Positions 58,928 through 64,000 of a stretch of DNA of 64,000 bases are shown in pieces. Source of the stretch: Actinomycetota bacterium (GTDB taxonomy: Bacteria > Actinomycetota > Actinomycetes > S36-B12); contig CANFQC010000007.1 in assembly GCA_947449035.1 (NCBI GenBank), positions 475 to 64,474 of the forward strand, read 5' to 3'. The notes beneath the pieces were generated by a model. The model did no database searches. It had not been told where the DNA came from and saw only the letters and a program-made list of their open reading frames with translations. How positions within the stretch are numbered: position 1 is the first letter of the stretch; each line of letters opens with the position of its first letter. Both the position numbers and the translations under genes were made by a program.

Positions 58928-59884
58928 ATGTCGATGATTGACCGGGTCGATCCGGAGTCCCGTATCCCGCTGGATGCACTCAACGCCGCCCTGCCAGGTG
59001 GCTTCAATGCCATCGCCGACCTTGCCACTCGTCGAGCCACGCTCGACGGAATGCTGCAGATGATGACGGCCGATATTCCGCCGAACCCGAACATCTCCAT
59101 CGAGGATTCGAGCATTCCTGGCCCCGCCGGTGCGCCTGACATTGCGATCCGCATCTACCGCCCGAACACTCCGGCTGCGAGCAAGCCAGGCATCCTCTTC
59201 ATCCACGGTGGCGGAATGATCCTGGGCAACCTCGAGACCGACAGCCTCGCCGCTGCAGCGCTGTGCGAGTTCACGGGCTCTGTCGTGGTCTCGGTTGACT
59301 ATCGACTCGCGCCGGAGAACCCCGCACCGGCCGCTATCGAGGACTGCTACGCAGCGCTGCGCTGGATGCATGCGGCGTCGAGTGCACTCGGATTCGACCC
59401 TGACCGGCTTGCTGTCTACGGCGGCAGCGCGGGTGGCGGACTAGCGATTGCGACGGCCCTGGTTGCCCGCGATCGTGGCACGCCCATCATCTCTTTCCTC
59501 ATGGCTCCGTACCCGATGATCGACGATCGCAATGAGACCGAGTCGAGCAAGGCTGTTGTCGACCTCGGCATCTGGGATCGTGCGGGCAACATTGAGGCGT
59601 GGGCCTGGTACCTCGGCGGCAAGCCTGCCGATCAGTACTCCGCACCTGCACGCGCCACCGATTTCAGCAACCTGCCGCCGATGTTCATTGATGTGGGCGA
59701 CTGCGACATGTTCATGGACGAAGACATCGCGTTCGTCGAGAAGGTCAGGGCCGCCGGCGGCACGGTTGAGTTCACGATCTACCCGGGTGCGTATCACGCG
59801 TCTGAGGTGTTCGCTCCGGAGGCAGCGCTCAGCGCGAAGATCTCGGCTCGTCGTATCGAGGCGCTGAAGGCCGCTCTCGCCTAG
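58928..59884 (+). CDS. Alpha/beta hydrolase, hormone-sensitive-lipase-like esterase
   Basis: HGGG oxyanion motif (FIHGGGMILG), nucleophile elbow GGSAGGG, and the late D...H pair. Confidence 0.85.
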   Translation: MSMIDRVDPESRIPLDALNAALPGGFNAIADLATRRATLDGMLQMMTADIPPNPNISIEDSSIPGPAGAPDIAIRIYRPNTPAASKPGILFIHGGGMILGNLETDSLAAAALCEFTGSVVVSVDYRLAPENPAPAAIEDCYAALRWMHAASSALGFDPDRLAVYGGSAGGGLAIATALVARDRGTPIISFLMAPYPMIDDRNETESSKAVVDLGIWDRAGNIEAWAWYLGGKPADQYSAPARATDFSNLPPMFIDVGDCDMFMDEDIAFVEKVRAAGGTVEFTIYPGAYHASEVFAPEAALSAKISARRIEALKAALA

Positions 59885-59890
59885 ATCGGT

Positions 59891-60637
59891 CTAGCTGAAC
59901 AACTGCCAGGCGAGCGCAATAGAAACGCCGAGCAGTACGCACTGAAGTATTCGCGTAGCTGCTGTCGGGCTGATCCGTCGCAGCAGCAAAGTGCCGAGCG
60001 GTGCGCCGATAACGCCGCCGACACCGAGCAGGATTCCTGTTGTCCACACGATGTTGCCGTCGAAGATCGTGTGACCGATCACGGCGGCAGCGCTCGAGAG
60101 CATGATCACCGCGAGTGACGCTCGTGCGGCGATCTTGATCGGTGTCGACAGCCACAGAATCTGGAGTGGCACGACAATGAGACCGCCGCCGATGCCGAAC
60201 AGGCCCGCGAGTAATCCGCCCGAGCCACCCGTCGCCGCATACTCCAGTGCGGTCGGCACCTTGCCCTGGTCGTGATGCTCGTGTTCGGCAGGCTTGCGTG
60301 CAGTGAGCACGATGTTGATGAGATTCATCAGGATGAATCCGGCGATGAGCAGCTTGCCCGGCAGGTGAATGGCGATCCAGGCACCCAGCGGCGCGATGAT
60401 GATCGCCGGAATGCCCAGCCAGAGAACGCGCCGCCACGGCACGAGTCCGTTCCGGGCATTCGTCAGCGTGCCGGATGCGCTCGTGATCAAGATTCCGAGA
60501 TTGCTCGTCTCGAGCGCCTGTACGACGGGTAAGCCCGCGAAGATCAGCACAGGGACGAAAAACATTCCGCCGCCGCCTCCGGTGAGGCCGGCGAGCAAGC
60601 CTGCGGCGATCGCGGTGAGGAACTCAAGGATCAGCAT
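59891..60637 (-). CDS. TauE/SafE-family sulfite/anion exporter
   Basis: About 8 TM segments with Gly-rich G(L/F)xGxGGG motifs in both halves. Start re-picked at Met 60637. Confidence 0.8.
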   Translation of the reverse strand: MLILEFLTAIAAGLLAGLTGGGGGMFFVPVLIFAGLPVVQALETSNLGILITSASGTLTNARNGLVPWRRVLWLGIPAIIIAPLGAWIAIHLPGKLLIAGFILMNLINIVLTARKPAEHEHHDQGKVPTALEYAATGGSGGLLAGLFGIGGGLIVVPLQILWLSTPIKIAARASLAVIMLSSAAAVIGHTIFDGNIVWTTGILLGVGGVIGAPLGTLLLRRISPTAATRILQCVLLGVSIALAWQLFS

Positions 60638-60759
60638 GAGGAGCCCCGCTGCCCTGAGTTCATGCGGTAACGCTATTGCCCTCGACCATCCCAACTACGC
60701 TCGTGCCACGCATGGTGTCTGTGTTCACAGCCTCATGCTCACAGTCAGGGGAGTCCCGC

Positions 60760-61503
60760 ATGAATCGCCGTCTTGCCGTTGCCCTCGTTTCGTGCATGGC
60801 CGTCGTCGGCCCTCTCGTGCCTGCTGCATCTGCGGCGACCGATGATGCCTGGGTGCATCAGATCGGCACGTATGACTATCTCGTTTCGCCCAATTACGCG
60901 GGCCTTGCGCCGATCAACTCCACATCGAAGGGCACAACCCTTGGTCTCGGAACCTTCAATAATCTGGACGGCGAGTTCGTGATGGTGGGCGGCACGATGT
61001 ACCGCATCGGCACCGACGGCACGCCCGTTGTCATCGACGGAAGTCAGTCGACTCCGTGGTCCGAGTCCGTGAGGTTTGCCCCGACGGCGTCAGGGCCTGT
61101 CCCGCCCGGCACTACTTGCGCGAACATCATCACCGCGGTGAATGCGCTCGTCGGATCAGCCAACGGAATGGTGGCCGTTCGTGTACGTGGCACGTTCACT
61201 GATCTCACCTTCCGCAGCGTGCCTGCCCAGACCGCCCCCTACCTCCCGCTCTCCCAGGTGGTCGCCAAGCAGACTCTCTTCCCGCTCGGGCAGCGGCGCG
61301 CGGTGCTCGTCGGCTTCCGGACAGGGCCCGATCTTGCGGGCACCGGGGCAGCAGGACTGCACCTTCACGGCGTCGCTGCTGATCGCAAGGCCGGCGGCCA
61401 TGTGATCTCCTGTATCGCGGGCGCTGACGTGCAGCTTTCAGTACAGCGCACAGCCGGAGTGGCCATCCAAGGCGCCGCTAGTCCGACAAGTCAACACGAC
61501 TAA
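60760..61503 (+). CDS. Alpha-acetolactate decarboxylase-family protein with an N-terminal signal peptide
   Basis: GLGTFNNLDGEFVMVGGTMYRI matches the ALDC core. LHLHG-(x10)-H matches the H-x-H-x11-H zinc triad spacing. The N-terminus MNRRLAVALVSCMAVVGPLVPAASA looks like a Sec signal. Confidence 0.72.
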   Translation: MNRRLAVALVSCMAVVGPLVPAASAATDDAWVHQIGTYDYLVSPNYAGLAPINSTSKGTTLGLGTFNNLDGEFVMVGGTMYRIGTDGTPVVIDGSQSTPWSESVRFAPTASGPVPPGTTCANIITAVNALVGSANGMVAVRVRGTFTDLTFRSVPAQTAPYLPLSQVVAKQTLFPLGQRRAVLVGFRTGPDLAGTGAAGLHLHGVAADRKAGGHVISCIAGADVQLSVQRTAGVAIQGAASPTSQHD

Positions 61504-61548
61504 TTCCTGGATCACGGATGTGCAAGTGCAGCATCCAGAGGTGACTAA

Positions 61549-63111
61549 TCAGCCGCGAGCAACTCGCATGATGTCCACGTAGTCCGTGGAATTGATCCGA
61601 CAGTCGAGAAGTGAAGGGCCCTGACCGAGGGAATCCAGCGCCGCGCGCATCTCGTCACGGTCTTGTACGACGACTGATTGCACGCCCATGGCCGACGCAA
61701 CCGAGGCAAAATCGGTGGGCGCGTATCCCACCGCGAGCGAACCACCATGTCCCTCTCCCTGCTTCAACTGAATTAATGTGAGAGTGGCGTCGTTGAAGAC
61801 GACAATCACAATGTTCAGTTGCAGACGACAGATAACCTCAATCTCAGCAAGGACCATGCCGAGGCCTCCGTCACCAACGAAGCAGACAACCTTTCGAAGT
61901 GGGTTGGCTAGAGCCATCGCAATGGCAGCTGGCAGTGAGAATCCCATGGTTGCCAGACCGTTGGAAATCAGAACCTCGTTCGGCGTGTGGCTCGACCACA
62001 ATGCCATGACGACCAACATGTGGGCACCAGCATCAACAGTGGCGAGTGCATCCGGGAAAGCCTGCTGGGTCAATCTCACAACATCCTGCGGTGTGAGTGC
62101 TGAATTCGATTCAAGCGCGAGGAGTTCCGCGCTCAACATTGGTCGGGAGAATGTCTCTGGCCACTGCGTCTGGAAGATGGTGGCGAATTCAGGAAGAAGG
62201 CTGGCGTAGGGGCCAACAATGAGCGATGGATCGCCGAAGTATGCCGTTTCGACCGGGTGGCTATGAAGGAGAATCACCTCAGCAGAATGCGGCCATGGGC
62301 CAGGCATCGGTTCCACGGAATCAAGGCCAATGCCGATGATCAGATCTGCCTGGGAGAGAAGCGGGTATTCGGCAGCCACGCCGGTGAAGAACCCCGAGTA
62401 CGTTGGCCAGGACTCGGGAATCAAGCCCTTTGCCTCGTAGGTCACGAGGAGCGGGACATGCGCATCCCGAAGTGCCTCCCTCAAAAGTTCTGTGGAGGCA
62501 ATCGCATCGAGGCCAATGATCACCAGTGGTCTTTTGGCTTTGTGGAGGCGTTGCAATATTTCCGGACTTAAGTCGCGAGACATCGGTGGCGAGACTTTCT
62601 CACTCCTAATTTTCTCCCCAGGCTGCGTCGGGTCAAAGGACAAAAGCACGGCGCCTCTCGGGGACTCCAGCGCTAAGGAGACTGCTTCACGCACCACCGT
62701 TTGAGGTTCATCGGTCCCGAGTACTCCGCTCCATTTGCACACTGGCTGAGCAACACTGACCTGGTCCAGACGTTGATGCGCAACTCGCGTCGATTGCTCC
62801 CGAGTCACGGCATCTGTGATGAGAACGAGGGGGAATCTGTCCAGCGTGGCTTGAGCAAGGCCGTTGACAGCGTTGGTTAAGCCTGGTCCCCGGGTCGTGA
62901 TGGCCACGCCGGCCGTCTGGGTGATCCGGCCAAAACAGGACGCCATAATGCACGCCGCGCTCTCATTATGCGCGAGGATAAAATCGATTCCCTGCTCCTG
63001 CGCTGCACCGATCATGTCCAGATTCGGTCCACCACCTGGGACTCCGAACATGGTGGAAACACCGGCTTCTCGCAACGCAAGGGCGAGATGTTGCGCGAGT
63101 TCTCGACTCAC
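61549..63111 (-). CDS. Thiamine-diphosphate-dependent enzyme (acetolactate synthase / oxalyl-CoA decarboxylase / 2-hydroxyacyl-CoA lyase superfamily), 520 aa
   Basis: N-terminal Pyr domain (FGVPGGGPNLDMI...HNESAACIMA) and ThDP motif GDGGLGMVLAEIEVICRLQLNIVIVVFND. Substrate specificity cannot be read from the sequence. Confidence 0.85.
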   Translation of the reverse strand: MSRELAQHLALALREAGVSTMFGVPGGGPNLDMIGAAQEQGIDFILAHNESAACIMASCFGRITQTAGVAITTRGPGLTNAVNGLAQATLDRFPLVLITDAVTREQSTRVAHQRLDQVSVAQPVCKWSGVLGTDEPQTVVREAVSLALESPRGAVLLSFDPTQPGEKIRSEKVSPPMSRDLSPEILQRLHKAKRPLVIIGLDAIASTELLREALRDAHVPLLVTYEAKGLIPESWPTYSGFFTGVAAEYPLLSQADLIIGIGLDSVEPMPGPWPHSAEVILLHSHPVETAYFGDPSLIVGPYASLLPEFATIFQTQWPETFSRPMLSAELLALESNSALTPQDVVRLTQQAFPDALATVDAGAHMLVVMALWSSHTPNEVLISNGLATMGFSLPAAIAMALANPLRKVVCFVGDGGLGMVLAEIEVICRLQLNIVIVVFNDATLTLIQLKQGEGHGGSLAVGYAPTDFASVASAMGVQSVVVQDRDEMRAALDSLGQGPSLLDCRINSTDYVDIMRVARG

Positions 63112-63485
63112 GCCTGGTCCAAGAGTTCAACCGTGAGAAAGAGCATGTCGGTATCGCCGAAGTTTTCGAAATCGTGAAACCAGGGGTCATGCTCGCTGTG
63201 CTCTGAGTAATTCGTGTCCCCGGCGCTGTACTCACGAGTGATCATCGAACCGTCTTGACTCCGTTGACGACCGATACCTCCGGAAATGACTGTCCAGAAG
63301 TACCTAGTCGCATGAGTATGAAATGGTCCGCGTTCGCCAGGTGATAGCCGTACTTCCCACACCCGTATCTTGTGGTTTTCGAAAATCATTTTCGTGCCGA
63401 CATCGAAGTTATTCGCGACCTCTTTGAGCTCGTCGACATAGTCGGATGCGTCATATGTCTCTGTGGCGATTATTCGAGCAGTCAT
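63108..63485 (-). CDS. Cupin-domain protein
   Basis: 125 aa with RVWEVRLSPGERGPFHTHATRYFWTV (cupin motif 1-like). Its stop overlaps the start of the downstream ThDP enzyme gene (ATGA). Confidence 0.6.
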   Translation of the reverse strand: MTARIIATETYDASDYVDELKEVANNFDVGTKMIFENHKIRVWEVRLSPGERGPFHTHATRYFWTVISGGIGRQRSQDGSMITREYSAGDTNYSEHSEHDPWFHDFENFGDTDMLFLTVELLDQA

Positions 63486-63528
63486 GTTTCCTCCGTTTGG
63501 CGAGTCGTGAAGCGTGCCATCTTGTCGG

Positions 63529-64000
63529 TCAAATTGTCTGTGGTTCAAGGAAAACTGGCGCATGTTCATTGAGAAGGGGGGCCCGGGTAAACGTGCTTGA
63601 CGTACTCGCGCTGAACTTAATTGGGCTTCCTGCGATTGCAATGTGGACGCCCGAAGGGTGCGGGACGTGAACAATCATGTTCCGGGCTTTGACATGTGGA
63701 TCCGAAGCGATGTCTGAAGCGTTGTTTACACGCCCGCAGGGGACCTTTCCCTGCAATGCGGCGACGACTTCAGTGCTTGAGAAATTTTGTGACCAGGCTT
63801 CCACCTCGCGGTACACCTCCGCGGAGTTCGCCACCCTGTCAACGTTGGTTTCGAAGCGCCTATCCTGGCCGAGTTCAGGCTTCCCCATAACCTCGCACAA
63901 TGCGCGCCAGTGGTTATCCGTGGGTGAGGCAACAGCGACAATTCCATCGCTCGTCCGAATCAATCCGTAGGGACAAAGAAGAGGGTGGGTGTTTCCCTGT
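63529..64000 (-). CDS. Family III CoA-transferase (CaiB/BaiF/Frc-like), C-terminal part. The gene continues past the window end
   Basis: The frame stays open to nt 64000 (..GNTHPLLCPYGLIRTSDGIVAVAS..ELGQDRRF..NR..). The pattern is typical of the middle and C-terminal part of family III CoA-transferases. Confidence 0.75.
   Translation of the reverse strand, partial: QGNTHPLLCPYGLIRTSDGIVAVASPTDNHWRALCEVMGKPELGQDRRFETNVDRVANSAEVYREVEAWSQNFSSTEVVAALQGKVPCGRVNNASDIASDPHVKARNMIVHVPHPSGVHIAIAGSPIKFSASTSSTFTRAPLLNEHAPVFLEPQTI

Overview
The window is high-GC chromosomal DNA, almost certainly actinobacterial. It is densely packed with housekeeping genes, and nearly every gap between genes is under 150 nt. 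I found no integrase, transposase, phage gene, CRISPR array, restriction-modification system, toxin-antitoxin pair or recognisable defence gene, and no obvious transcription factor.

Gene content, in order:
- Central metabolism: mdh fragment, icd, a three-gene succinate dehydrogenase/fumarate reductase operon, and a translationally coupled acyl-CoA mutase large subunit.
- Purine salvage: add and a purine nucleoside phosphorylase.
- The conserved actinobacterial block accA - maf - accE - accD/pccB - birA - PH-domain protein - purK - purE - fadE. From memory, this order matches M. tuberculosis Rv3285 to Rv3274c.
- A translationally coupled five-gene glycosyltransferase operon containing a TagF-like domain, next to ugd.
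- A metal ABC importer.
- A SAM-I riboswitch in front of a threonine-synthase-like / ThiS-MoaD-like / rhodanese module.
- A CopC/YcnI copper operon.
- A Tat-exported sulfatase coupled to a pepsin-like protease.
- cysE and cysK.
- Three tRNAs (Leu-UAG, Lys-CUU, His-GUG).
- A low-GC terminal segment (about 61.5 to 64 kb) encoding a CoA-transferase / cupin / ThDP-enzyme operon.

The items most worth follow-up are:
- the riboswitch-controlled sulfur-carrier module, probably a protein-thiocarboxylate route to homocysteine;
- the copper operon, which lacks CopD;
- the glycopolymer operon;
- the aspartic-protease/sulfatase pair;
- the compositionally foreign 3-prime end of the window.

I see nothing that I can defend as a wholly new system. 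All functional calls come from reading motifs in the supplied translations. No database search was run. Many ORF-track entries are antisense or N-terminally over-extended artefacts of the high GC content, so I re-picked start codons where a conserved N-terminus, a signal peptide or start/stop coupling supported it.
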